This document shows positions 10,625-20,346 of a DNA stretch of 64,000 bases, in pieces. A program made the translations under genes and the position numbers. Origin of the DNA: an uncultured Gemmatimonadales bacterium (GTDB taxonomy: Bacteria > Gemmatimonadota > Gemmatimonadetes > Palauibacterales > Palauibacteraceae); the NCBI GenBank assembly GCA_963783385.1, contig CAWANJ010000002.1, positions 256,001 through 320,000 of the forward strand, written 5' to 3'. How positions within the stretch are numbered: position 1 is the stretch's first letter; each line of letters begins with the position of its first letter. The notes under the pieces were generated by a model. That model saw only the letters and a list, made by a program, of their open reading frames with translations, ran no database searches and had not been told where the DNA came from.

Positions 10625-11355
10625 CGCGCCGCACGCGCCGCCGGATCTACGTGGCCACCATGGCGGCCGCGGTGGGGGCCGGGGCTCCGCTGTGGGCCCC
10701 GGCGGTGCTGGCCCGGCTGCCCGGGTTCCGCGTCGAGAAAGTGCGCGTGGTCGGCACCCACTACGTGCCGCCCGACCGCGTCGCGTCCCTGGCCTCGGTC
10801 GAGCCGGACGCGTCCGTGTGGGACGACCCGGGGCGCTGGGAGGCGCGGGTGCGGTCGGACCCGATGATCGCGGACGCGCGCGTGCGCCGGACGGGAGCAC
10901 ACCGGATCGAGATCCGTGTGACCGAGGTCGAGCCCGTGGCCCTGGTCCCGACGCCGGATCTCGTCCCGGTCGATTCGGCGGGGCACCTCCTGCCCCTGAA
11001 TCCGGCGACGGCCGACCTGGACCTGCCCATCCTGGGATCCAGCGCCAGGGTGGAGGGCGGTCACCTGTCCGATCCGGGGAGCCGGCGGCTGCTCGATGTC
11101 CTGGACCGGCTCCGGTCGGCCGAGCCCGGATTCGTGCGGAGCGCGTCCCAGTTCCTGCGCGTGCCGGGGGGCGTCGAGGTGTTCATGACCGGGGGGGCCG
11201 ACGCGCGCCGGGTGTACCTGCCGGAATCGGATCCGGAGGGGGGACTGCGGCGCGTGGAGGCGGCGCTGGCCGCCCGCGGCGGCGGGTCCTCGGCCGCGCG
11301 CGTCGACGCCCGATTCGACGGGCAGGTGGTCGTGGCGGGCAAGGGGGAGTCGTGA
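10621..11355 (+). CDS. ftsQ: Cell division protein FtsQ/DivIB
   Basis: N-terminal TM, POTRA-like region and C-terminal VDARFDGQVVV. Positioned between murC and ftsA. Confidence 0.85.
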   Translation: MTRRTRRRIYVATMAAAVGAGAPLWAPAVLARLPGFRVEKVRVVGTHYVPPDRVASLASVEPDASVWDDPGRWEARVRSDPMIADARVRRTGAHRIEIRVTEVEPVALVPTPDLVPVDSAGHLLPLNPATADLDLPILGSSARVEGGHLSDPGSRRLLDVLDRLRSAEPGFVRSASQFLRVPGGVEVFMTGGADARRVYLPESDPEGGLRRVEAALAARGGGSSAARVDARFDGQVVVAGKGES

Positions 11356-12575
11356 TCGGCGGGCCGCGCGTGGTGGTGGGGCTGGACGTGGGCTCGACCA
11401 AGACCTGTGCCGTGATCCTCGAGTCGGGTCCCGACGGCGAGGGACCCGACAGGGTCCTGGGGGTGGGGATCGCCCGCACCGAGGGTCTGCGCAGCGAGGC
11501 CGTCACCGACCTCGAGGCCACCACGCGCTCCATCCGGGAGTCCGTCCGCGAGGCCGAGATCATGGCGGGCCTCGAGGTGGAGAGCGTCTACGTCGGCCTC
11601 ACCGGCGCCCACGTGGAGGTGGGGTCGAGCTCGGGCGTGGTGGCCGTGTCCGGCCACGAGATCACCGACCAGGACATGGCCCGCGTCCACGAAGTGGGGC
11701 GCGCCGTGGTCGTGCCGCCCGACCGGGAGCTGGTGCACGCGATACCCCAGGAGTACGCCGTCGATGGCCGGGGGGGCATCCACGCGCCGATCGGGATGAC
11801 GGGCACCCGGCTGGAGGCGGAGCTATGCATCGTGACCGCCGACTCGGCCGCGTGCCGCGACCTGCGGCGGGCGGTGGACCGCGCCGGCTACGGCGTGGAG
11901 GAGCTCGTGCTGGAGCCCCTGGCCAGCAGCCTCGCGGTCCTGCGCGACAGCGAGCGGGAGGCGGGCGTGGCCCTGGTGGAGGTCGGCGGGGCGCGCACGG
12001 AGGTGGCCGTCTTCCAGAGCGGCAAGATCCGCAGGCTGACGTCCCTGCGCTGGGGAGGACAGTCGGTGACCAACGACATCATCAAGGGGCTCGGCGTCCC
12101 GGTCGAGGAAGCGGAGCGGCTCAAGCGCGAGTTCGGCGCCGCGCGCGCCGCCCTCGTCGACCGCGAGGAGCGGCTCGAGGTGCCGGGCCCGGCACCGGGC
12201 GTCACCCGTAAGGTCTCGAGGGAGCTGCTGGCCCACATCATCGAGCAGCGCCTCGACGAGATCTTCGGCCTGGTCTACGACGATCTCGAGGAGGCGGGCC
12301 TTCGGGAAGGCCTGGCCACGGGGATCGTCCTCACGGGAGGTACGGTGTCGCTGCCCGGCGCGGTGGAGCTGGCGCAGGGCGTGTTCAATCTGCCGGTGCG
12401 GCTCGGCGAGCCCGGCGCGGACCTGACAGGACTTGCCGATGCCGTGCGGCGGCCGAAGTTCGCCACGGCCGTGGGCCTGGCGCTGTACGGGAAGATGCGG
12501 GAGGGACGACGAGGAGGCGGCGTAGCGGGCCGGACACTGGCCCGGGTCACGGAGTGGCTGAGGGACTTCTTCTAG
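11352..12575 (+). CDS. ftsA: Cell division protein FtsA
   Basis: Motifs VGLDVGSTKT, PIGMTGTRLE, LEPLASS, AERLK, GIVLTGG and FATAVGL. Confidence 0.96.
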   Translation: MIGGPRVVVGLDVGSTKTCAVILESGPDGEGPDRVLGVGIARTEGLRSEAVTDLEATTRSIRESVREAEIMAGLEVESVYVGLTGAHVEVGSSSGVVAVSGHEITDQDMARVHEVGRAVVVPPDRELVHAIPQEYAVDGRGGIHAPIGMTGTRLEAELCIVTADSAACRDLRRAVDRAGYGVEELVLEPLASSLAVLRDSEREAGVALVEVGGARTEVAVFQSGKIRRLTSLRWGGQSVTNDIIKGLGVPVEEAERLKREFGAARAALVDREERLEVPGPAPGVTRKVSRELLAHIIEQRLDEIFGLVYDDLEEAGLREGLATGIVLTGGTVSLPGAVELAQGVFNLPVRLGEPGADLTGLADAVRRPKFATAVGLALYGKMREGRRGGGVAGRTLARVTEWLRDFF

Positions 12576-12586
12576 AGGAGGACAGG

Positions 12587-13795
12587 ATGGTCTTCGAGTT
12601 CGATGACAGTATGGCCCGGAACGCCAAGATGAAGGTGGTCGGCGTCGGCGGCGCGGGCGGCAACGCCATCAACCGCATGATCGCCGAGCAGCTCGAGGGC
12701 GTGGAGTTCATCGCGATCAACACGGACGTCCAGTCGCTGAAGCGCTGCGAGTCCCACCTCACCATCCAGATCGGGAAGAAGCTGACGCGCGGACTCGGGG
12801 CCGGAGCCCGACCGGAAATCGGTCGCCAGGCGATTGCCGAGTCCGAGGACGAGGTGCACAGGGCGCTGGACGGAGCGGACCTCGTGTTCGTCACCGCGGG
12901 TATGGGGGGAGGCACCGGCACGGGAGCCGCGCCGACCGTGGGACGGATCGCCCGCGAAATGGGTGCCCTGGCCATCGCGATCGTGACGCGTCCGTTCCAC
13001 TTCGAGGGGCGCAAGCGGATGCGCCACGCCGAGATCGGGCTGCGGGAGCTCCGGCGCACCGTGGACACGATGATCGTGGTGCCCAACGAGCGGCTCCTGT
13101 CCGTGGTGGGGAAGGGGACGACCTTCCGGGACGCGCTCAAGAAGGCGGACGAGGTCCTGCTCCACGCCACGCAGGGCATCTCCGACCTCATCAGCGTCAC
13201 CGGCGAGGTCAACGTGGACTTCGCCGACGTGCGCACCGTGATGTCGAACCGGGGCGACGCGCTCATGGGAACGGGTAAGGCCACGGGGGAGAACCGGGCG
13301 GTCGAGTCGGCCCAGCAGGCCATTTGCTCTCCGCTGCTCGACAGCGTATCGATCAACGGGGCCACGGGCGTCCTCGTGAACATCTCCGGCGGTCCGGACC
13401 TCACCATCGACGAGGTCACGACCATCAACTCCATCGTCCAGGAGGCGGCGGGCGAGGAGGCCGAGATGATCTTCGGCGCCGTGCAGGATGGCGGCCTCGA
13501 GGGCCAGGTTCGCGTGACGGTCATCGCCACCGGCTTCGGCACGGTCGTCGAGGAGGAAGAGGAAGAGCGCGTGGAGAGGGCCCCGGTCAGGCGCGGCCCC
13601 ACCCGGCAGCGCGAGCCGGTCGCGGCCTTCGTCGGCCCGAAGCTGGTGAAGGAGGAGCGGGAGGTCGGCGAGCCCGCTCCCGAGCGGGACAAGGCGCCGG
13701 AGCGGCGGGAAGAGGAGGAGCGCCCACGTCCCACGCGTCGCGAGGACCTCGAGGACCTCGAGATCCCGACCTTCATCCGGCGGCAGATGGACTGA
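12587..13795 (+). CDS. ftsZ: Cell division protein FtsZ
   Basis: GVGGAGGNA, tubulin motif GMGGGTGTG, NVDFADV and C-terminal peptide DLEIPTFIR. Shine-Dalgarno (SD) GAGGAGG. Confidence 0.99.
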   Translation: MVFEFDDSMARNAKMKVVGVGGAGGNAINRMIAEQLEGVEFIAINTDVQSLKRCESHLTIQIGKKLTRGLGAGARPEIGRQAIAESEDEVHRALDGADLVFVTAGMGGGTGTGAAPTVGRIAREMGALAIAIVTRPFHFEGRKRMRHAEIGLRELRRTVDTMIVVPNERLLSVVGKGTTFRDALKKADEVLLHATQGISDLISVTGEVNVDFADVRTVMSNRGDALMGTGKATGENRAVESAQQAICSPLLDSVSINGATGVLVNISGGPDLTIDEVTTINSIVQEAAGEEAEMIFGAVQDGGLEGQVRVTVIATGFGTVVEEEEEERVERAPVRRGPTRQREPVAAFVGPKLVKEEREVGEPAPERDKAPERREEEERPRPTRREDLEDLEIPTFIRRQMD

Positions 13796-13823
13796 GTCCA
13801 CGAACCAGACACCCGGAGAGCGC

Positions 13824-15224
13824 ATGCCATCGACGCCGCACGAGCTCGGGCCACCGCCCGACCCCGCCGCGCACGGGGATCCCGGTTCCGGGGGACCGCG
13901 CGTTCGCGTCGTCGGTATCGCCGCGGGGGTCGTGCTCGCGTCGGTTCTGCTCGTGAGCCTGATCGCCCGGAGCAGCGGGTCGCAGGCCCCCCGTCCCCCC
14001 GACCCGCCCGACTCTCACCCCGCCCTCACTCCCGTGCCTACGCCGGCGGCGGCTCCGCCGGTGGTGCGGGACGCGGACACCATCCGCGCGGGCCGCAGCC
14101 TGGGGCAGGTGCTCGCCTCGGCCGGCCTGGGCGGAGACGGCTACGGCCAGGTCCTGACCGCGATCCGTTCCCACGTGAACCCGCGACGGCTGCCGCGCGG
14201 GCTCGTGGTACGAACCACGGCGCGGGTCCCCGAGACCACGGACCGTGTCGCGCTGGCCCTCGACCAGGACCGGACCCTGGTCCTGGACCGCCGGCGCGAG
14301 GGGTGGAGAACCAGGATCGACTCCGTGTCGGTCTCGATCGACACCCTGTACGTGGGGGGCGTCATCGAGTCCAACCTGTGGACCTCGGAGCTGTTCGGCG
14401 ACACCGCGCGCCTGGCTCCCAACGAGAACGTCGAGATCTTCCTCAAGCTGGCGCAGATCTACGCGTGGCAGGTGGACTTCTTCCGCGACATCCGCCCCGG
14501 TGACGCCTTTCGGGTGATGGTCCGGCGCGAGGTGCGCCCGGACGGAAGCGTGCGCCGGGCCGACGTGCTGGCGGCGGAGTTCTTGAACCAGGGACGGCGG
14601 CTCCCGGCCGTGCGCTTCGTCACGGCGGATGGCCCGGAGGAGTACTACGACGAGAACGGCAACGCCACCCGAAAGGCCTTCCTGCGCGCCCCCCTGAAAT
14701 TCAGCCCGGTCACCTCTGGCTTCAGCCGTCGCCGCTACCACCCCATCCTCCACCGATGGCGGGCGCACCGGGGCATCGACTACGGCGCCGCCCGGGGCAC
14801 GCCCGTGCACGCCACCGGCGCCGGCGTCGTGACCCGGGCGGGCCGGTGGGACGGCTACGGCCGCATGATCGAGATTCGCCACAACTCGCTGTACCGAACC
14901 CGCTACGCGCACCTGAGGGGGCTGGCCAGGGGCATCCACCGCGGAGCCCGGGTCCAACAGAACCAGGTCATCGGCTACGTGGGGATGACGGGCCTGGCCA
15001 CGGCCCCACACCTCCACTACGAGTTCCTGGTGAACGGCGTCCAGCGCGATCCGAGGAGGGTGAAGCTCCCGCCCGGCAAGCCCATACCCCGGAGCCAGCT
15101 CGCCAGCTTCGAGCGCCGCCGCGATCGGCGACTGGAGCGGCTCGACGGCCTGGGCTTCCCGCCGGCCGCGCACCTGGCTGCGGCACCGGGCGACACGGAC
15201 CTCGGCCGGGATCCCTCCGAGTAG
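13824..15224 (+). CDS. M23 family peptidoglycan DD-endopeptidase (MepM-like)
   Basis: N-terminal TM. Motifs HRGID (HxxxD), YAHL and TAPHLHYEF (HxH). Confidence 0.9.
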   Translation: MPSTPHELGPPPDPAAHGDPGSGGPRVRVVGIAAGVVLASVLLVSLIARSSGSQAPRPPDPPDSHPALTPVPTPAAAPPVVRDADTIRAGRSLGQVLASAGLGGDGYGQVLTAIRSHVNPRRLPRGLVVRTTARVPETTDRVALALDQDRTLVLDRRREGWRTRIDSVSVSIDTLYVGGVIESNLWTSELFGDTARLAPNENVEIFLKLAQIYAWQVDFFRDIRPGDAFRVMVRREVRPDGSVRRADVLAAEFLNQGRRLPAVRFVTADGPEEYYDENGNATRKAFLRAPLKFSPVTSGFSRRRYHPILHRWRAHRGIDYGAARGTPVHATGAGVVTRAGRWDGYGRMIEIRHNSLYRTRYAHLRGLARGIHRGARVQQNQVIGYVGMTGLATAPHLHYEFLVNGVQRDPRRVKLPPGKPIPRSQLASFERRRDRRLERLDGLGFPPAAHLAAAPGDTDLGRDPSE

Positions 15225-15339
15225 CGGGACGCGCACGGGCCGGCGCCGGATCCGCTCCGGCCCCGGTCGGTATATTCTCCCCAGACGACGCCGCGCCCCG
15301 GCCGCGCGGCTCCCGCCGTGACTTCGACACCGGGACACC

Positions 15340-16284
15340 GTGAGCGACACCAGGCTGGACGTGGGGAGGAAGGCCTCCCTCTGGCAGCGCATCAAGGACA
15401 TCGCCCTCACCGACGTGGGGACGCTGATCCGCGGCATCGACGGGGAGTCGATCGCGGAGCTCGAGCGCGTCCTCCTGGAGTCCGACTTCGGGCTCGATGC
15501 GGCGCTCGACCTGGTGGACGACCTCGAGCGCGCCGCGCAGCGCGGCGACGTGAACACCGAGCCCGAGCTCCGGGAGCGGCTGGCCGACCGGGTGCGGGAG
15601 ATCCTGCTGGAGGCCCGCGGAGAAGGGGACGCGCGGCCCGGCCAGGATCTGCGCTGGCCGGAGCAGGGTCCCTGCGTCGTCCTCCTGCTGGGGGTGAACG
15701 GCAGCGGCAAGACGACCACGGCGGCCAAGCTCGCGCACCGGGCCCGGGCGGCGGGAAAGAGCGTGGTCCTGGCGGCCGGAGACACCTTCCGTGCGGCAGC
15801 CCGCGAGCAGCTCGAAACCTGGGCCCGCCGCACGGGCGCTCGCTTCGTGGGCGGTCAGCAGGGCGGGGATCCCGCGGCCGTGGCCTACGACGCGGTCGAG
15901 TCCGCGGTGGAGCGAGGCGAGGACCTGGTCGTCCTGGACACGGCCGGACGCCTCCACACGCACAGGGGCCTGCTGGACGAGCTCGCCAAGGTGGACCGGG
16001 TCGTGGGACGCCTGGTGGAGGGCGCCCCCCACGAGAGGCTCCTGGTCGTGGACGCGACCTCGGGACAGAACGTCCTGGTCCAGGCGCGGGAGTTCGGAAA
16101 CGAGGTCCCGCTCAGCGGCCTCGTCCTCGCCAAGCTCGACTCGACGGCCCGCGGCGGGGCGGTGGTGGCCGTGGCCCGGGAGACGGGCCTTCCGGTGCGC
16201 CTGGTGGGAACGGGCGAGACGCCGGACGACCTGGAGCCCTTCGACCCCTCGCGTTTCGTGGAGGGGATCCTGGGTCCCGCGTGA
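15340..16284 (+). CDS. ftsY: Signal recognition particle receptor FtsY (short form, NG domain only)
   Basis: Motifs GVNGSGKTTT, DTFRAAA, DTAGR, KLDSTARGG and GTGE..DDLEPF. Confidence 0.96.
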   Translation: MSDTRLDVGRKASLWQRIKDIALTDVGTLIRGIDGESIAELERVLLESDFGLDAALDLVDDLERAAQRGDVNTEPELRERLADRVREILLEARGEGDARPGQDLRWPEQGPCVVLLLGVNGSGKTTTAAKLAHRARAAGKSVVLAAGDTFRAAAREQLETWARRTGARFVGGQQGGDPAAVAYDAVESAVERGEDLVVLDTAGRLHTHRGLLDELAKVDRVVGRLVEGAPHERLLVVDATSGQNVLVQAREFGNEVPLSGLVLAKLDSTARGGAVVAVARETGLPVRLVGTGETPDDLEPFDPSRFVEGILGPA

Positions 16285-16294
16285 GGCCCGCGCC

Positions 16295-18400
16295 TTGAGC
16301 GGCCGCTCCCTCCTCTCCAGCTCCGTCCAGTACCTCAAGGGCGTGGGTCCCCGGCGGGCCGAGCGCTTCGCGCGCCTCGAGGTGCGCACCGGCCGGGATC
16401 TCCTCTTCCACCTGCCCCATCGCTACGAGGACGCCACCACGGTAACGCCGATCGCGTCCCTGGAGCCGGGGGACGAGGCGACCGTGATCGGCCGGATCGT
16501 GTCGCAGGGCGTGCTGGCCACCCGGAAGCGGCTGCGGATCTTCCGGGCGGTGCTCCGGGACGACACGGGGCTCATCGAGGCCGCGTGGCCCGGCCAGCCG
16601 TGGCTCGACCGGAGCCTGCGGAAGGGAGACCTTCTCCTGGCCTCGGGCCCGGTGCGCTTCTTCCATGGCCGCCAGCTCCAGCCGCGTGAGTTCACCGTGC
16701 TGGCGTCGGGAGAGGAGGACGGTGACGGGGAAGGGGACGACGCGGCCGGGGAACGGGGCGGCCGCGTGTTCCCCGTGTACCCCGCCACGGAGGGGCTCAG
16801 CCACCGGCAGATCCGAGGGATCGTCCGGGAGAACCTGGCCGACCTTCTCCGCGAAGCCGACGAGCGGGATCCGGTGCCGGCGGCGTGGCGGGAGGCGCTG
16901 GACCTGCCGGGTCTGGGCGCGGCCCTGCGGGCCCTGCACGTGCCGCGGTCAATGCGCGAGGTGGAGCCCGCCCGGCGGCGGGTGGCGTTCGACGAGCTCC
17001 TGTTCCTCCAGCTCCTGCACGCCCGGGCCCGGCACCGGCTCAAGCGCGAGAGCCGCGGGATCGCCCACGACGCCGCGGCCGACCTCACCGGACCCTTCCT
17101 CGAGGGACTCCCCTTCCGCCTCACGGGGGCTCAGGAGCGGGCCTGGGCCGAGATCCGGTCCGACATGGAGCGGCCCGAGCGCATGTACCGGCTGCTACAG
17201 GGGGACGTGGGATGCGGCAAGACCGTGGTGGCGGCCGCGGCGCTGCTGCGCTCCGTGGAGTCGGGCCACCAGGCCGCGCTCATGGCCCCGACCGAGTTGC
17301 TGGCCGAGCAGCACCTCCGCACCCTGTCGGAGCTCACCGCTGGCCTGGGCGTCGAGCCCGTGTTGGTCACGGGCCGGCTCACCCCGGGGCAGCGCAGGGA
17401 CCGGCTCGAGAGCCTGGCGGCGGGGAAGGCTCGCCTCGTGGTCGGGACGCACGCGCTCATCCAGGAGGACGTGGCCTGGCACGACCTCGGCCTCGCCGTC
17501 GTGGACGAGCAGCACCGCTTCGGGGTCGAGCAGCGCCGCCTGCTGCGCGACGCCTCGGGTGCCGCGGACATGCTGGTGATGTCGGCCACCCCGATCCCGC
17601 GCTCGCTGGCGCTGACGCTGTACGGCGACCTGGACCTGTCCGTCATCGACGAGATGCCTCCCGGGCGGCGCCCCGTGGTGACGGGGGTGCGCGGTCCCGG
17701 GGCGCGCGAGGCCGCGTTCACGTTCCTCCGGGAGAAGATCGCCGAGGGCCGGCAGGCGTACGTGGTCTATCCGCTGATCGAGGAGTCCGAGGCGGTGGAT
17801 GCCCGTTCGGCCACGCGGATGCGGGACCGGCTGGCCGACCGCTTCCCCGAGCTGCGCGTCGAGCTGCTGCACGGACGCCTCTCCTCGGAGGAGAAGGAGG
17901 CGGTCATGCGCCGCTTCCTGGCCGGGGAGGCCGAGATCCTGGTCGCCACGACGGTGATCGAGGTGGGCATCGACGTGCCCAACGCGACGCTCATGTACAT
18001 CGAGGACGCCGAGCGCTTCGGGCTGGCCCAGCTCCACCAGCTCCGGGGCCGGGTGGGGCGGGGCGCCGAGCAGAGCTACTGCGTGGCCTTCCACTCCGGG
18101 AGCGGCGAGCCGCCCGAGCGTCTGGCCGTGTTCGCCTCCACCACGAACGGGTTCGAGCTCGCCCGGGCGGACCTCCGGCTGCGGGGGCAGGGGGACCTGT
18201 TCGGTCCCGAGCAGCACGGCATGCCGGCGCTGCGTCACGCCGATCTCGAGCGGGACGCCGACCTGGCGGCCGAGGCCCGACGCCGGGCGCGGGAGATGGT
18301 GGCGGACGATCCGGGCCTCGGCCGGCCGGAGAACCGGGGCCTGGCCCGGGAGCTGGCCGAGCGCCACGGCGATCGCGAGGGGCTGTACGGCGTGGGTTGA
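16295..18400 (+). CDS. recG: ATP-dependent DNA helicase RecG
   Basis: Motifs LKGVGP, LLQGDVGCGKT, MAPTELLAEQH, DEQHRFGV, MSATPIPR, ATTVIEVGIDVPNA and QLRGRVGRG. TTG start inferred. Confidence 0.96.
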   Translation: MSGRSLLSSSVQYLKGVGPRRAERFARLEVRTGRDLLFHLPHRYEDATTVTPIASLEPGDEATVIGRIVSQGVLATRKRLRIFRAVLRDDTGLIEAAWPGQPWLDRSLRKGDLLLASGPVRFFHGRQLQPREFTVLASGEEDGDGEGDDAAGERGGRVFPVYPATEGLSHRQIRGIVRENLADLLREADERDPVPAAWREALDLPGLGAALRALHVPRSMREVEPARRRVAFDELLFLQLLHARARHRLKRESRGIAHDAAADLTGPFLEGLPFRLTGAQERAWAEIRSDMERPERMYRLLQGDVGCGKTVVAAAALLRSVESGHQAALMAPTELLAEQHLRTLSELTAGLGVEPVLVTGRLTPGQRRDRLESLAAGKARLVVGTHALIQEDVAWHDLGLAVVDEQHRFGVEQRRLLRDASGAADMLVMSATPIPRSLALTLYGDLDLSVIDEMPPGRRPVVTGVRGPGAREAAFTFLREKIAEGRQAYVVYPLIEESEAVDARSATRMRDRLADRFPELRVELLHGRLSSEEKEAVMRRFLAGEAEILVATTVIEVGIDVPNATLMYIEDAERFGLAQLHQLRGRVGRGAEQSYCVAFHSGSGEPPERLAVFASTTNGFELARADLRLRGQGDLFGPEQHGMPALRHADLERDADLAAEARRRAREMVADDPGLGRPENRGLARELAERHGDREGLYGVG

Positions 18401-18461
18401 GCCGGGGGCCGTGACCGGGCCGGTCTTTGACAGGCAGCGGGCTCTCTCCTACGCTCGATCC

Positions 18462-19479
18462 ATGTCCATGGCTCCCTTCCTTTCCGGCACGACCCTGCGG
18501 GACCGCCCCGTGCTCGTCACGGGAGCGCACCGGCTTCATCGGCGGCCGGCTGTGCGAGCGGCTGGCGACCGGGGAGGGCGCGCGGGTGATGGGCGTGGGC
18601 CGGAGCGTCGACAGGGCCCGGGAGCTCGAGGACGACGGCGTCGAGCTCGTGGCCGCCGATCTCCTGGACACGGATCGTTTCCCGGGGCTGCTGGATGGCC
18701 GGGACATCGTGTTCCACGCGGCCGCTTCCTTCTCGCAGGACGTCGAACAGGCCGGCGCCCTCAACGTGACGGCCACCGGCGAGCTGGTCAGGGCGGCGGG
18801 CGCCGCCGGGGTCCGTCGCTTCGTCCTGGTGAGCTCGGTGTCGGTCTACGGGCAGCCCGACCGGCGGATCGTGGACGAGTCGGCTCCGCTCGCCCTCGAA
18901 GCGGAGGCCGCCTACCCGCGCACCAAGGCTCGTTCCGAGGTGGCCGTCCACACGGCGGCCCGCGAGGCCGGCCTCCAGTTCTCGATCGTGCGGCCGGCCT
19001 GCGTGTTCGGGCCCCGGTCGGCAATCTGGACCGTGTCAATGTGGGCCTGCATCCGGGAGGGGATCCCGGTCCTGGTGGGGGATGGCTCGGGGCCTTTCGG
19101 TGGCATCTACGTGGATGACCTGGTGGACCTGCTGCTCCTGGCGGCGGTGGAGGACGCGGCGGTCGGCGAGGCGTTCAACGCCTGCGACGCCCCGGTGCCG
19201 TGGACCGAGTTCGCGCGCGCCTACGGCGACGCGGCCGGGATCGAGCCGCGGTCGATTCCCCCGGGAGAGGCCGCGGCCCTCCTCCGGGCCGGACCGGCTT
19301 CGGATGGCCCGCCCGACCCGGGGTATCCGACCATCCTGTATGTCGGGCTCGCCTCGCTCGAGGAGATCGTGTTTCCCGCCGATCGCGCCCGCCGGGCCCT
19401 GGGCTGGAGGCCGCGGGTGGGGATCTGGGGAGGGTTGGAGCGTACCGTGGCCTGGTTGCGGCGCGAGGGCCTGGCCTGA
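18462..19479 (+). CDS. NAD-dependent epimerase/dehydratase (extended SDR), frameshifted near 18527
   Basis: VLVTGA lies in one frame and TGFIGG in another; one extra C in GCG-C-ACC splits the GxxGxxG motif. Downstream motifs are VFHAAA, SSVSVYG, YPRTK (YxxxK) and RPACVFGP. Confidence 0.85.
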
Positions 19480-20237
19480 CCCGAAGGCGGCGACTCCACG
19501 GCCCCGGCGAGGCCGCCGGCGCGCCGCCCACGCGCGAGCCCGGAAACGGAGCCCTCGTCTACGGATGCGCGTTCGCGGCGGTCACGGCGACCTACCTCGT
19601 CTACCCGAGGCTCGACCTCCTCGTATCGGGGTTGTTCTACTCGGCTTCGCGGGGCTTCTACCTGGGGGCCGAGCCCTGGGCCCACTTCCTGGCCGTGTAC
19701 CTGATTCCGGGTCTGTCCTGGGTCCTGGGGGTCGGGCTGGTGGCGGCGCTCGCCTGGGTCTGGGGTCGCCGGGGCACCTCCGGGCGGCGGCGACGGGTCG
19801 TGAGCTACCTGGCCGCCGCGTACGCTCTCGGGCCGGGGCTCCTCACCAACGTGCTGCTCAAGGACCACTGGGGCCGGGCGCGTCCGCTGCACGTGACGGC
19901 TTTCGGCGGGGACCGACTGTTCACGACGCCGCTCCTTCCCGCTCATCAATGTTCGACCAATTGCTCGTTCGTTTCCGGTCACGTCTCCGTGCCCTTCTTT
20001 CTCATGGCCTTCGTCTACCTGGTCCCGGATCGGCGCCGGCGCCGCCGGGCGACCTGGGGCGTCGTGCTGTTCGGTCTGCTGGTCGGGTTCGAGCGCATCG
20101 TCCAGGGGAAGCACTTCCTCTCGGACGTGCTCTACTCGGCCCTGTTCAACGCCGGCATCGCCTGGATCCTGTACCTGCTCATCGTGCGGCGGCGCGGGGT
20201 CGGCCCGGCGGTTCCCCCCGGGAAGGCGTCACCGTAG
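19476..20237 (+). CDS. PAP2 family membrane phosphatase (resembles lipid A 4'-phosphatase LpxF type)
   Basis: PAP2 motifs C1 KDHWGRARP, C2 SFVSGH and C3 RIVQGKHFLSDV, with multiple TMs. Start codon uncertain. Confidence 0.8.
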   Translation: MTRRRRLHGPGEAAGAPPTREPGNGALVYGCAFAAVTATYLVYPRLDLLVSGLFYSASRGFYLGAEPWAHFLAVYLIPGLSWVLGVGLVAALAWVWGRRGTSGRRRRVVSYLAAAYALGPGLLTNVLLKDHWGRARPLHVTAFGGDRLFTTPLLPAHQCSTNCSFVSGHVSVPFFLMAFVYLVPDRRRRRRATWGVVLFGLLVGFERIVQGKHFLSDVLYSALFNAGIAWILYLLIVRRRGVGPAVPPGKASP

Positions 20238-20346
20238 CTTGGCCGCGGTCCCGCGGCCGATCCGCTCCACGGGGAGGGAAGCGCGGCGGCTCGCGCGGGG
20301 CCCGCGGGTGGAGGATGGACGGATCTCCCCGAGGAAGAGGCCACTC

